A stretch of DNA of 63,897 nt, counting the filler, from Sandaracinaceae bacterium (GTDB taxonomy: Bacteria > Myxococcota_A > Polyangia > Polyangiales > JADJQN01), in the NCBI GenBank assembly GCA_947483975.1. It is 6 parts of 6 records of this genome, joined end to end, with 100 filler letters (N's around TTAATTAATTAA, not from the genome) between each part and the next. Parts side by side here need not be neighbours in the genome. Positions count along the whole stretch, not along the records: positions 1 to 11,278 come from CANKOL010000150.1; 5 more parts are not named here. One strand, 5' to 3'. The notes below the pieces were generated by a model. That model made no database searches, was not told the DNA's origin, and saw only the letters and a list, made by a program, of their open reading frames with translations. Below, in pieces: positions 1 through 8,843 of this stretch. Made by a program: the position numbers and the translations under genes. Positions within the stretch are counted from its first letter, which is position 1; the number at the start of each line of letters is the position of its first letter.

Positions 1-2
1 CA

Positions 3-1184
3 CCCACGGCCGGCGCGGCTGCCGGTCCCGCGCCGGTGCGCTACGACGACGGCTTCGCGTGGTTCGAGCTCGGCAACAACGTCGAGCCGGTGAACGGCAG
101 CCCGACGAACCTCGGCTGGAAGATCGACGCCAACCTCCGCGCGTATGGCACGGCACCGCAGCACAGCGCGTTCCGCCTCTTGCTCAAGCAGGGCAGCCGC
201 GCGCTCGGCGAGGCGCGCTGCGAGGCGCACGAGAGCGGGCTGAACTTCGTCGACTACGTCGAGGTGAGCGACTGCGGGCAGCGCGACGACCAGGGCGTCG
301 GCGGGCCGATGCGCATCTCCGCCACCGGCGTCATTCAGGTCGAGGTGCACTTCGTCGACGGCGTGACGTCGCAGGACACGCTCCTGCGGACCCACACCAT
401 CGAGGTCCTCGCGGCGACGGGCATTCGCGGCAACGGCGAGCCTGACGCGACCAACTACTACGTCTCGCACAACGGCGAGGTGCTCGCGACGCTGATCGAG
501 GCCTCCGAGCACAGCTCCCTGCTGCCCGGCGGAGCCAGCCGCTCGGGACGCGTCGGCATCTCGTTCCAGCTCTCCCCCACCGAGGCGGGCATCACGACCC
601 TCGGGGACAACGACGATATGCTTCGCTGCCGCGTGAACGATCAGCCGATCGTGCTGCCCCGCACGCAGCAGACCGCCGACCGCACGATGAGCACCGCGGT
701 CGAGCACACTCGGCCTGACCCGGCCAGCAGCGCCAACCCGATCCGCGAGATGGTGCGGTACCAGCGGTACGCCCTGGAGCTGCCGATCAACGTCGGTGAA
801 GAGAGCGACACGCTCGGGATCGCGCTGCGCAGCAAGCCCGGGAACTGGGCCTGCGACTGGCGCTCGAACGGCCACACGCTCCGCACGTTCAAGTGGACCG
901 TCGGCGCGGACGGCGCGATCGTGCCAAGCGCGGAGGAGGCCAGTGGGCTCTCGCTCGCGCCCTACGCTCACCTGATCGAGACCGTGGTCCCGGCGGACAG
1001 CGCGGTGGATCAGCGCGTCGTTCCCGCCGCGGCTCGCGCCGGTGGGTTCTATGGTCGCGCGTGGACGAGCCCGGCGATGAGCGCCATGGCCGCCGCGCTC
1101 CCCACCATCGGTACGCCTGCGCCGCCGCAGCCGGCAGGTCGCGCGGTGGCTGCCACGGCAGGTCGTCGCGGTCGCGGGCACTGA
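3..1184 (+). CDS. Hypothetical protein, probably secreted and beta-rich; 5' end lies outside the window
   Basis: Frame of ORF 36..1184 is open back to the window edge. GC3-biased codons and globular composition. No family motif recognised. Confidence 0.65.
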   Translation, partial: PTAGAAAGPAPVRYDDGFAWFELGNNVEPVNGSPTNLGWKIDANLRAYGTAPQHSAFRLLLKQGSRALGEARCEAHESGLNFVDYVEVSDCGQRDDQGVGGPMRISATGVIQVEVHFVDGVTSQDTLLRTHTIEVLAATGIRGNGEPDATNYYVSHNGEVLATLIEASEHSSLLPGGASRSGRVGISFQLSPTEAGITTLGDNDDMLRCRVNDQPIVLPRTQQTADRTMSTAVEHTRPDPASSANPIREMVRYQRYALELPINVGEESDTLGIALRSKPGNWACDWRSNGHTLRTFKWTVGADGAIVPSAEEASGLSLAPYAHLIETVVPADSAVDQRVVPAAARAGGFYGRAWTSPAMSAMAAALPTIGTPAPPQPAGRAVAATAGRRGRGH

Positions 1185-1194
1185 GGCACAGAGC

Positions 1195-2481
1195 TCAACG
1201 CTGCGTGATCACCAGGGTGGCGTCGTCTTTCAACGTGATGGCGCCGCCCTCTCCGCCGCAGCCCCAGCAGGTCGACCAGAGCAGCTCGCGCTGCGAGGTC
1301 GTGGCGTAGGCGACGGCGATGGAGGTCGCCTCGTTCTCGAGGATGAAGCTCGCTGCGTGGAGGAACGTCCCGTCGGGCATCGGGTAGAGGACCGCGATGA
1401 GCGAGTCCGGCCCGCTCGTGCCCGCGATGACCCACACCTGTTCGCCGTCGGCGGGCGCCCACACGAGCACGCCCGCCATGAGCTCCCAGCCGCCGAGCGC
1501 CTCTCTCGAGAGCCCGCCGCGACCGAGCGCGTGATCGACGTCGTCCGCGTCGTAGGGAGTGAAATGCGCCGCGAAGCGCGCCACCTCGGGCACGCTCGCG
1601 AGGACGCGTCGGACCTCGCTGGTCTCGACAGCGCGGTCTTGAAACATCGTCCGCGCGCGGGCGACGGGCGGGTAGGTGACGCTCGGCGCTTCGCCGCTGC
1701 AGCAGCGGAAGCCGAGCCCGTCGACCTTGGTGGCAGAGGGAAACGCGCGGCGCGCCGCGCAGCGATGGACGGTCGTCGCCGAGAGCGCCGCGCCCCCGTG
1801 CACGATCCCGTCGAGCCCGCTCGCGGCGAACTCGGGAGGAGCTGCGTCCGCGGTCCACTCGCCGACGGAAGTGCCGAGCGAGAGCACTCCGTCGGGTGAG
1901 GCGCACGCGAGCGCGTCGAGGCTGCAGGTCTCTGGGTCGAAGGTCGAGCCTCCGGGGAACATCGCGCCGAGGGGCGCCGCGTCGTTCGTCGGTCCTTCAC
2001 AGGCGCGCTCCCACTCGAGGTCGCTGCAGAGGCGTTTGCCTTCCGCGCTACAGAGTGCGGCGGCCTCATCGCGCGAGACTGCCGCGCGGGGAGGAAGCTG
2101 AGGGTCGTTGGGATAAGGAAGGCGGTCGATGGTGAAGGCGGGGAGCGTCACGGGCAGGAGGTCGGCCTCCGTCCCCGGCGTGCGCCCCGAGACACCGGGA
2201 CGACTCCCGGCGCGCATGGGTCCTGCGGCGATGCTGACGGACTCGCCTACGCGCGGTGCGGCTGCGCGCGCGGCTGGGCTCGTCGGTGGTTCCGTCGCGC
2301 TCTCGCTCGACGCCTGCGGGACCGCGTGGCGTGTCGTCGCGGCGAGCGCGCTCTGCTCTCGTACGCCCGCGTCTTGCGCCGCACGACTGCCGTGCGTGCC
2401 ACTCCCGAAGGAGCAGCCCGCGAGCGCGAGCGCGAGAAGGACGACGCGCACGGTGGCGCGTGAGAGACGGAGTCCGGACAT
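1195..2481 (-). CDS. FGE-sulfatase (SUMF1-like) domain lipoprotein
   Basis: Lipobox LAGC; motifs AAALCSAEGKRLCSDLEWERAC, VGEWTAD, GFRCC. Confidence 0.8.
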   Translation of the reverse strand: MSGLRLSRATVRVVLLALALAGCSFGSGTHGSRAAQDAGVREQSALAATTRHAVPQASSESATEPPTSPAARAAAPRVGESVSIAAGPMRAGSRPGVSGRTPGTEADLLPVTLPAFTIDRLPYPNDPQLPPRAAVSRDEAAALCSAEGKRLCSDLEWERACEGPTNDAAPLGAMFPGGSTFDPETCSLDALACASPDGVLSLGTSVGEWTADAAPPEFAASGLDGIVHGGAALSATTVHRCAARRAFPSATKVDGLGFRCCSGEAPSVTYPPVARARTMFQDRAVETSEVRRVLASVPEVARFAAHFTPYDADDVDHALGRGGLSREALGGWELMAGVLVWAPADGEQVWVIAGTSGPDSLIAVLYPMPDGTFLHAASFILENEATSIAVAYATTSQRELLWSTCWGCGGEGGAITLKDDATLVITQR

Positions 2482-2598
2482 GGGTGAACGAGGGCGACGC
2501 TGTGGGAACGGCGCGAAATGGGCAAGTTTTCGGCCTCACGCCACAGCGTGCGGTGGGCACGCCTTGCGCTGCCCGGCACCCACCCGCATAAGCCGCGC

Positions 2599-3007
2599 GT
2601 CGGAGCGGCTCTGGTGATCGCTCGGGCGCTTCGGCGCACGGGAGGAAAGTCCGAGCTCCATAGGGCAGGGTGTGAGCTAACGGCTCGTGGGGGCGACCCC
2701 GAGGAAAGTGCAACAGAGAATCAGACCGCCGCGACGCGCGCGAGCGCTGCGCGGTAAGGGTGAAAAGGTGGAGTAAGAGCCCACCGGATCGGCGGCAACG
2801 TCGGTCGCATGGCAAACCCCACCCGGTGCAAGACGAAATAGGGGAGCGTAGCGGTCGTGGAAACACGGCCGTCGGAGAGTGGCCCGCTCGAGCTCCCGGG
2901 TAACGTCGCTCGAGGTGCGCGGTGACGCGCATCCCAGAGGAATGATCATCCCCCGCGCACAGCGATGTGCGCGGGCTACAAAACTCGGCTTATGAGCTCT
3001 CCGACCA
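2599..3007 (+). ncRNA. rnpB: RNase P RNA, bacterial type A
   Basis: Conserved GAGGAAAGTCCGAGCTC, GAGGAAAGTGCAACAGAG, GGTAAGGGTGAAAAGGTGGAGTAAGAGC, GGCAAACCCCACC and ACAAAACTCGGCTTAT. The 5' GTCGGAGCGGCTC pairs with the 3' GAGCTCTCCGAC (P1). Confidence 0.97.
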
Positions 3008-3047
3008 CGAAGCCTCGCTGGCAACAGCGGGGCTTCGCGCTTTCGTG
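3008..3047. terminator. Hairpin between convergent rnpB and the M2 peptidase; likely bidirectional terminator
   Basis: CGAAGCCTCGCTG-GCAA-CAGCGGGGCTTCG stem-loop; T tract is weak. Confidence 0.6.
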
Positions 3048-3051
3048 GGCC

Positions 3052-4884
3052 TCAAGGCGCAGGTAGCGCGCACTGCCGCCCGGCGTTCTGCGTCTGCAGA
3101 TACGCCATCAGCGGCTCGTAATAGCGCAGCATCGGCTCGGCGCTGAGGTCGCTGCCGGTCGTCTCGCGCAGCACCTCGCGCCAGTCGCGCGTCATGCCGG
3201 GCGCCATGATCGAGCGGAGGAATTCGCCGACCTCTGGGTGCCCGACGTAGTTACACGCATGCGGATCCTGGTGGAGGATGTCGCGGCAGATGTGCTCGTG
3301 GAACTGGTACACGAGGACGCTCGCGATGGCGTAGTCGTAGTACTGCCCGGGGTCGTCGTTGATGTGCGTCTTGGTGCAGGCGTCGCAGCCGTCGGCGGGG
3401 CGCGGGCTCGGCGGGGCGAGGCCCTGGTAGCGCGCGACGAGGTCCCACCACTTGGTGTTGAGCTGATCGGCGGGGAGCTCGTCGGTGTAGAGCGCCTTCT
3501 CGAACTGGCTCATCGTGCCCGCGGCGAACGGCAGGAACACGATGGGACCGGTGAGCGCGGAGTCGAGCAAGGCGCGCTGTTGGTCGACGACCTGCCCCTC
3601 GGGGATCAGCCCGATCGAGCGCAAATACGGCTCCTGCGAGGATGCGAGCGAGATGAGATCGCCCATGCCCTCGTGGTACGCGCGGTTCGCACCCTCGCGC
3701 AGCAGCGGAGGCACGGAGTCGTTCGAGTAGCTGAGGAAGTAGTAGATGTGCCCGAGCTCGTGGTGCGTCGTGGTGAACCAGTCCCAGTTCGCCTCGACGC
3801 TCATCAGGGAGCGCACGTCTTGGTTGAGGTCGATGTGCCACGCGCTCGCGTGCGCGTTCTTGTGGCGGGGGCTGCCCGCGGCGACGGGGTAGAGGTCGCT
3901 CGCCGTCCAGAACGACGGCGGCAGCGCGGAGAAGCCCATGCCCGTGTAGAAGCGCTCGGCGGTCTGCACGATCCACTCGGGCGACTTGCCGCGGACGAGC
4001 GCGTCCATGTCGACGCCGTCGACCATGCCGGGCCACTCCTGCCCCCAGCGGTTGCCGAGCCAGTGCGCCGGGATGAGCGCGGGCGGCTGCGCGACGCCGT
4101 AGCGGTGCGCGAGCTCGTAGCGCGCGTAGCAGTGCAGCTGCTCGTAGAGCGGGCGCGTCTCCCGCACGAGGCGATCGAGCAACGCCATCATCTCGGGCGT
4201 CGACATGCCGTAGTTCGAGACTTGGAACTGAAAGAAATCGTCGTAGCCCATCTCGCGCGCGACGCCGTTTCGCAGGCCCTGCAGCTCGATCAGCCCGGGG
4301 CGGAGCGGCGCGCCGACCTCCTTCGACGCGTTCCAGGCGCGCTCGCGGTCGGCGAGCACGCGCGACTCGTCGAGGATGCGGTCGAGATCGTTGGTGATGA
4401 CGGGCTGCGTGCACGTCGTGCCCGCGCGCGCGAGGCAGAACTGAAAGCCGTCGAGGAGCTCAGACTGGCGTGACTCGGCTGCGACCCGGCGCCGCGCGAG
4501 GTCGGCGTTGGTCTGCGGCGCGTCTGCGGCGAGCGCGAGCATCTGCCGCAGCTGGCGCTTGGTCAGGTCGGTCAGCTCGGGCGCGTGGGTCAGCAGCGCG
4601 CGCGCCTGCGTGATGAACAGCGCGTTGCCCGCGAAGGCGCTGAACGCCGTCGCCGCGCCGGTGCGCTCGCCGGTGTGCTCCTCGCTGACGTCGGTGCTCG
4701 CGAGCCAAGAGGCGCGCGACGACTCGGTGACGAGCGAGACGTAGATGGGGTCGTAGAACGCGAGCAGCTGCGTCGCCTCGCGCTCGAACGAGGTCTGGGC
4801 GTCGCGCGCGTCGGCGCTGTGCGTCGAGGAGCCGCCACAAGCGGCGAGGGCGAGCGTGAGGAGCGTGGCGAGTGAGCGGCGCAT
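3052..4884 (-). CDS. Peptidase M2 family (ACE / peptidyl-dipeptidase A-like) lipoprotein
   Basis: True start at MRRSLATLLTLALAAC (lipobox). Motifs IPAHWLGNRWGQEW, HASAW, HHELGH and EGANRAYHEGMGD. Confidence 0.93.
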   Translation of the reverse strand: MRRSLATLLTLALAACGGSSTHSADARDAQTSFEREATQLLAFYDPIYVSLVTESSRASWLASTDVSEEHTGERTGAATAFSAFAGNALFITQARALLTHAPELTDLTKRQLRQMLALAADAPQTNADLARRRVAAESRQSELLDGFQFCLARAGTTCTQPVITNDLDRILDESRVLADRERAWNASKEVGAPLRPGLIELQGLRNGVAREMGYDDFFQFQVSNYGMSTPEMMALLDRLVRETRPLYEQLHCYARYELAHRYGVAQPPALIPAHWLGNRWGQEWPGMVDGVDMDALVRGKSPEWIVQTAERFYTGMGFSALPPSFWTASDLYPVAAGSPRHKNAHASAWHIDLNQDVRSLMSVEANWDWFTTTHHELGHIYYFLSYSNDSVPPLLREGANRAYHEGMGDLISLASSQEPYLRSIGLIPEGQVVDQQRALLDSALTGPIVFLPFAAGTMSQFEKALYTDELPADQLNTKWWDLVARYQGLAPPSPRPADGCDACTKTHINDDPGQYYDYAIASVLVYQFHEHICRDILHQDPHACNYVGHPEVGEFLRSIMAPGMTRDWREVLRETTGSDLSAEPMLRYYEPLMAYLQTQNAGRQCALPAP

Positions 4885-5007
4885 GGCGGGCGCACGATGC
4901 CGGAAGGCGGGCTCGGAGCGCAATGGGCCCACGCACGAGCGCGCCCGGTGCGCTCGTGGCGGGGCCGCCGGAGGCGTGCTTGAATCGCGCCCTTCTGGGG
5001 GTCCTCC

Positions 5008-7110
5008 GTGATGATGCTTCGCTCGAATCGATTGCTGTCGTGTGTGCTCGTGTCGTCGGCGCTTTTCGTCTTGGGGCTCTCCGCCTGCGGGGATGATGCC
5101 GCCCCGCCGGTCGCAGATCCGTGCGCCGTGGCGGTCAACCCTTGCGGCGCGGGTGAGTGCGTCAACCTCGCGGGCGCGTACGTCTGCACTTGCCCTGCAG
5201 GCTATCGGCTCGCGTCGACGCCGACGCTCACTTGCGCAGACATCGACGAGTGCGCGGAGGGCATCACGGTGTGCACGCAGGTCCCGATGGCGACGTGTGC
5301 GAACACCGTCGGGAGCTACGACTGCGCTTGCCCGCCGGGATATCTCGGGACGGGGCGCGGCGGCGGTGGGTGCTTGGCGGACGAGCCTCTGCTCGAGGGC
5401 CTCGTCGTCGGCGACGGCGCGCTGCTCAGCCCTGCGTTCGCGTCGAGCACGACGATGTACACAGTGGCGCTGGCAGTGGGCGCTACCGCGACGACGCTGA
5501 CGCCGACGGTCGCGGCGCCCGCGCGGATGACGGTCACCGTCGATGGCGCGCTCGTCGCGTCGGGCGCGAGCGCGGCGCTCGACGTCGGCTTTGCCCCGCG
5601 GCCCGTCGAGGTGGTCGTGACGACGACCGCTTCGGGCGCGACGCGCACCTATACGCTGGTGCTCCGCCGGAGCGAGTCGACCTACGTGAAGGCCTCGAAC
5701 ACCGGCGCGGGGGACGGCCTCGGCGCGTGCCTCTCGCTCTCCGCGGACGGCACTCGCCTCGCGGTAGGTGCGCCGCGCGAGGGGTCGAGCGCGACGGGCG
5801 TCGACGGCGATCAGGCCAACGACAGCGCGCCGAGCAGCGGCGCGGTCTACGTCTTCGCGCGGGCGGGCGCGAGCTGGGCGCAGGAGGCCTACTTGAAGGC
5901 GTCGAACACGCAGCTTGGGGACACTTTTGGCTCGGCGGTCGCGCTCTCGGCGGACGGTCTCCGCCTGGCGGTGGGCGCGGCCGGCGAAGACTCGACCGCG
6001 GCGGGGATCGACGGCGACCAGAGCGATAATTCCGCGCTCGGCAGCGGCGCGGTCTACGTGTTTGCCCGAACGGGGACGAGCTGGGCGCAAGAGGCTTACG
6101 TGAAGGCGTCGAACACCGCCGCGGCGGACAGCTTCGGCGCCGGCGCGGTGTCGCTCTCGGCGGACGGCCTGCGCCTGGCGGTGGGCGCGGGCGGAGAAGA
6201 CTCGAGTGCGACCGGGATCGACGGTGATCAGGGCAACAACGCCGCGGCCGGCAGCGGCGCCGTCTACCTGTTCGCCCGCTCCGGGACCAGCTGGGCGCAA
6301 GAGGCGTACGTCAAGGCGTCCAACAGCGCTGCGGGCGACAACTTCGGTGCACGCGGGCTGTCGCTGTCGGCCGATGGGACGCGGTTCGCGGTCGGCGCTT
6401 CCAGTGAAGACTCCGCCGCGACGGGCATCGATGGCGACCAAGCGGACAACAGCGCGCCCAACAGCGGGGCGGTCTACGTGTTCGGCTGGACGGGCACGCA
6501 TTGGGCACAAGAGGCGTACCTCAAGGCGTCCAACACGGGCGCCAACGACTCGTTCGGCGACTCGGCGGTGTCGATGTCCGGGGATGGTGGCTGGCTCGCA
6601 GTCGGCGGCGTGACCGAGGCGTCGAGCGCGACGGGCATCGACGGCGACCAGGCCAACGACGGGGCCGTGGACAGCGGCGCCGTCTACGTCTTCTCGCGGA
6701 CGGGGACGACCTGGCGGCAGGTGGTCTACCTCAAGGCCTCCAACACCCGCGCGTCCGCGTACTTCGGGATGTGCGTCGCCATCTCGGTGGACGGCACGCG
6801 CCTCGCGGTCGGCGCGTACGGCGACACCTCGCGCGCGACAGGCATCGACGGCGACCAAGCCGACACGACGGCCGCGTACAGCGGCGCCGTGTACGTCTTC
6901 ACGCGGACGGGCACGACCTGGGCTCAGGAGGCGTACGTCAAGGCCTCGAACACCGACGTCAACGACACCTTCGGCTTCGCGCTGTCGCTCTCGGCGGACG
7001 GTCAGCACCTCGCGGTCGGTGCCGAGGCCGAAGACTCGAGCGCGGTCGGCTTCGACGGCGACCAGAGCGACGACACCGCGCTGTCGAGCGGCGCGGTGTA
7101 CGCGTACTAG
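5008..7110 (+). CDS. Lipoprotein with EGF-like (Ca-binding type) domains, a cadherin-like beta-sandwich and a 7-repeat FG-GAP/integrin-like beta-propeller
   Basis: Lipobox LSAC; DIDECAEG..CANTVGSYDCACPPGY; LSPAF..YTV; seven Y(V/L)KASN..LS.DG..LAVGA..SGAVYVF repeats. Confidence 0.88.
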   Translation: MMMLRSNRLLSCVLVSSALFVLGLSACGDDAAPPVADPCAVAVNPCGAGECVNLAGAYVCTCPAGYRLASTPTLTCADIDECAEGITVCTQVPMATCANTVGSYDCACPPGYLGTGRGGGGCLADEPLLEGLVVGDGALLSPAFASSTTMYTVALAVGATATTLTPTVAAPARMTVTVDGALVASGASAALDVGFAPRPVEVVVTTTASGATRTYTLVLRRSESTYVKASNTGAGDGLGACLSLSADGTRLAVGAPREGSSATGVDGDQANDSAPSSGAVYVFARAGASWAQEAYLKASNTQLGDTFGSAVALSADGLRLAVGAAGEDSTAAGIDGDQSDNSALGSGAVYVFARTGTSWAQEAYVKASNTAAADSFGAGAVSLSADGLRLAVGAGGEDSSATGIDGDQGNNAAAGSGAVYLFARSGTSWAQEAYVKASNSAAGDNFGARGLSLSADGTRFAVGASSEDSAATGIDGDQADNSAPNSGAVYVFGWTGTHWAQEAYLKASNTGANDSFGDSAVSMSGDGGWLAVGGVTEASSATGIDGDQANDGAVDSGAVYVFSRTGTTWRQVVYLKASNTRASAYFGMCVAISVDGTRLAVGAYGDTSRATGIDGDQADTTAAYSGAVYVFTRTGTTWAQEAYVKASNTDVNDTFGFALSLSADGQHLAVGAEAEDSSAVGFDGDQSDDTALSSGAVYAY
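5680..7107 (+). repeat. Seven coding repeats of about 69-70 aa (about 207-210 nt) forming the propeller
   Basis: Recurring tacgtgaaggcgtcgaacacc and ggcatcgacggcgacca units. Confidence 0.85.
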
Positions 7111-7132
7111 CGTCCTGCGCCGTACCCCGCGG

Positions 7133-7585
7133 TCACTCCGGTATCGCGGGGCCGCTCGGCGCAGCGATGGACGGCGGTGCGCTCGGCGGAGGCGGCAAGG
7201 TCACCATCGGCATCGCTCCGCCGAGCATGATCACAGCCGGGTGCGGGGTGAGCCCGAGCCCGACGGTGACCTCGACGGCGCTGCGCTTGACCGCGAGCTC
7301 ACCCAGCAAAGAGAGCGCCTGGCCCGTGTGCGTGCGGACCTCGTCGAGGCGCGTCGCCTGACACTCGGGCGCCTCGCAGCCGCTCAGCGCGAGGGCCGAG
7401 AGAGCCGCGCCCCCGAGCACCGCCGAGCGCAACACGCCGGCGAGCGCGGGCTCGCGGACCAGGTCTGCGAGGCGCGGGTAGCTGCGGCTGCGCGCGTCGC
7501 AGGGCGCGAGCGGCTTGGGCGCGTCGGCGTGAGCGAGCGGGGCCTTCTGCGGCTTGCGTCGGGTGGTCATCGTCGGGTCTGACAA
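7133..7585 (-). CDS. Small hypothetical protein with an internal lipoprotein-like signal and a Pro-rich tail
   Basis: Hydrophobic stretch ending LSGC; lies 40 nt downstream of the cytochrome gene on the same strand. Confidence 0.55.
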   Translation of the reverse strand: MSDPTMTTRRKPQKAPLAHADAPKPLAPCDARSRSYPRLADLVREPALAGVLRSAVLGGAALSALALSGCEAPECQATRLDEVRTHTGQALSLLGELAVKRSAVEVTVGLGLTPHPAVIMLGGAMPMVTLPPPPSAPPSIAAPSGPAIPE

Positions 7586-7625
7586 CGGTCAGCGCCGGAA
7601 GTTTGGACCGCGCGCAAAGGTCGCA

Positions 7626-8843
7626 CTACCTGCAACGCGCCTCGAGCGCGCCGAGGTCGCCGTGGCACGTCACGCAGGCGCGTGAGTTCGCGGCGAGCAG
7701 GCTCGCGCAGCGCGCCGCGAAGCCCGCGGGGTGCGGCGAGACTCCCCCGCCGACGCCGAGCGCTCCGTGGCAGCTGACGCAGTCGCGCTCCGCGTGGCAG
7801 CTGACGCAAGCGGTGAGCGAGCGCCTCGCCTCGAGGCCGTGCGCGCGCTCCCAGGTGGCCGCGGGCGGATGGTAGCGATCGGTCCCGCGCACGACCGGCG
7901 CGGTCGTCGTCGCGAGGCCGAGGCGCGCGTGGCACTCGAGGCAGAACCGCTGCGTGGTGTGGCACGTAGCGCAACGCGGGGCGTCGCGCCGAGCCTCCTG
8001 CGGGTGAGTCGTCAGGTAGTCGTTGGCGTGCACCGAGCGCGGGCGCAGGCGGCCATCGTGGCAGTCGGCGCACTCGGACTCGCGGTGACAGGCGGCGCAC
8101 GCCGCGCCTTGGTCGGCGGCGACCCAGCGGTGGCGCACGAGCCAGTCGGCGTCGTGCTCCAGGCCGCGCAGCGAGCTCGGCGGTCGCAGCGCGCCCTCGG
8201 GGAAGTGCGTCTGCAGCACGCCGTCGGGCTCGGTCAGGTGGCACGTCGCGCACGCGCTCGGCGCCGTACGGGCGCTCGGACCGACGCCACCGCGCGAGCC
8301 GTCGTGGCAGTGGAGGCATTGGCGCATCGTCGGCAGCTGATCTCGCGTCGCGAGGTGCGCGTCGCGGATGCCCGCGTGACATGACTCGCAGGTCTCGGTG
8401 CCGTGCGCCGCGTGCGAGAAGTGCAAGCGAGGCGCGGGGAAGCTCGATGCGGGCACGACGGAAGGCCCGTCCTCGCCGTAGCCGACGTGGCAGCTACCGC
8501 AGCGAGCGGCGGTAGGATTCTCCCGGGCGGTCTGCGCGGCATGGCACGGGTTGCACGTGGCTTCTGTCGGCAGGAGCAGCTCGCGCGAAGTGCGGCTCGC
8601 GGGCGCGGCGACGTGACAGCGCACACACGCGAGCTCGCGATGCGCGGGGTGCGCGTGGTCCATGCGCAGCGCGATGCGCTGCAGCGGGTAGATGAGCGCG
8701 CTGCGGCCCGTCGTGCCGGCCGAAGCGCGGCGCGGGCGCGCTTGGCCCGTCGCTGCGTGGGTGTAGGCGCCGAGCGCGAGCGCTGTCGCGAAGACGAGCG
8801 CGCCGAGCGTGACGAGCAGCGACCTCGAGAAAAGACGGTTCAT
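7626..8843 (-). CDS. Multiheme c-type cytochrome, 13 CxxCH motifs, with signal/anchor peptide
   Basis: Start MNRLFSRSLLVTLG overlaps the upstream stop (ATGA). Motifs in order: CVRCH, CNPCH, CGSCH, CESCH, CLHCH, CATCH, CAACH, CADCH, CATCH, CLECH, CVSCH, CVSCH, CVTCH. Confidence 0.92.
   Translation of the reverse strand: MNRLFSRSLLVTLGALVFATALALGAYTHAATGQARPRRASAGTTGRSALIYPLQRIALRMDHAHPAHRELACVRCHVAAPASRTSRELLLPTEATCNPCHAAQTARENPTAARCGSCHVGYGEDGPSVVPASSFPAPRLHFSHAAHGTETCESCHAGIRDAHLATRDQLPTMRQCLHCHDGSRGGVGPSARTAPSACATCHLTEPDGVLQTHFPEGALRPPSSLRGLEHDADWLVRHRWVAADQGAACAACHRESECADCHDGRLRPRSVHANDYLTTHPQEARRDAPRCATCHTTQRFCLECHARLGLATTTAPVVRGTDRYHPPAATWERAHGLEARRSLTACVSCHAERDCVSCHGALGVGGGVSPHPAGFAARCASLLAANSRACVTCHGDLGALEARCR

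Noticed and set aside
2554..2570. Sigma54 promoter upstream of rnpB
   Set aside because: GGCACG is present but TTGC is misplaced relative to the required spacing.
2247..3024. Short ORFs overlapping rnpB
   Set aside because: The region is explained by the RNase P RNA and its promoter region.
3052..7008. 1318-aa ORF as a giant M2 peptidase fusion
   Set aside because: The N-terminal 700 aa are the antisense shadow of the FG-GAP gene. The real start is the lipoprotein signal at 4884.
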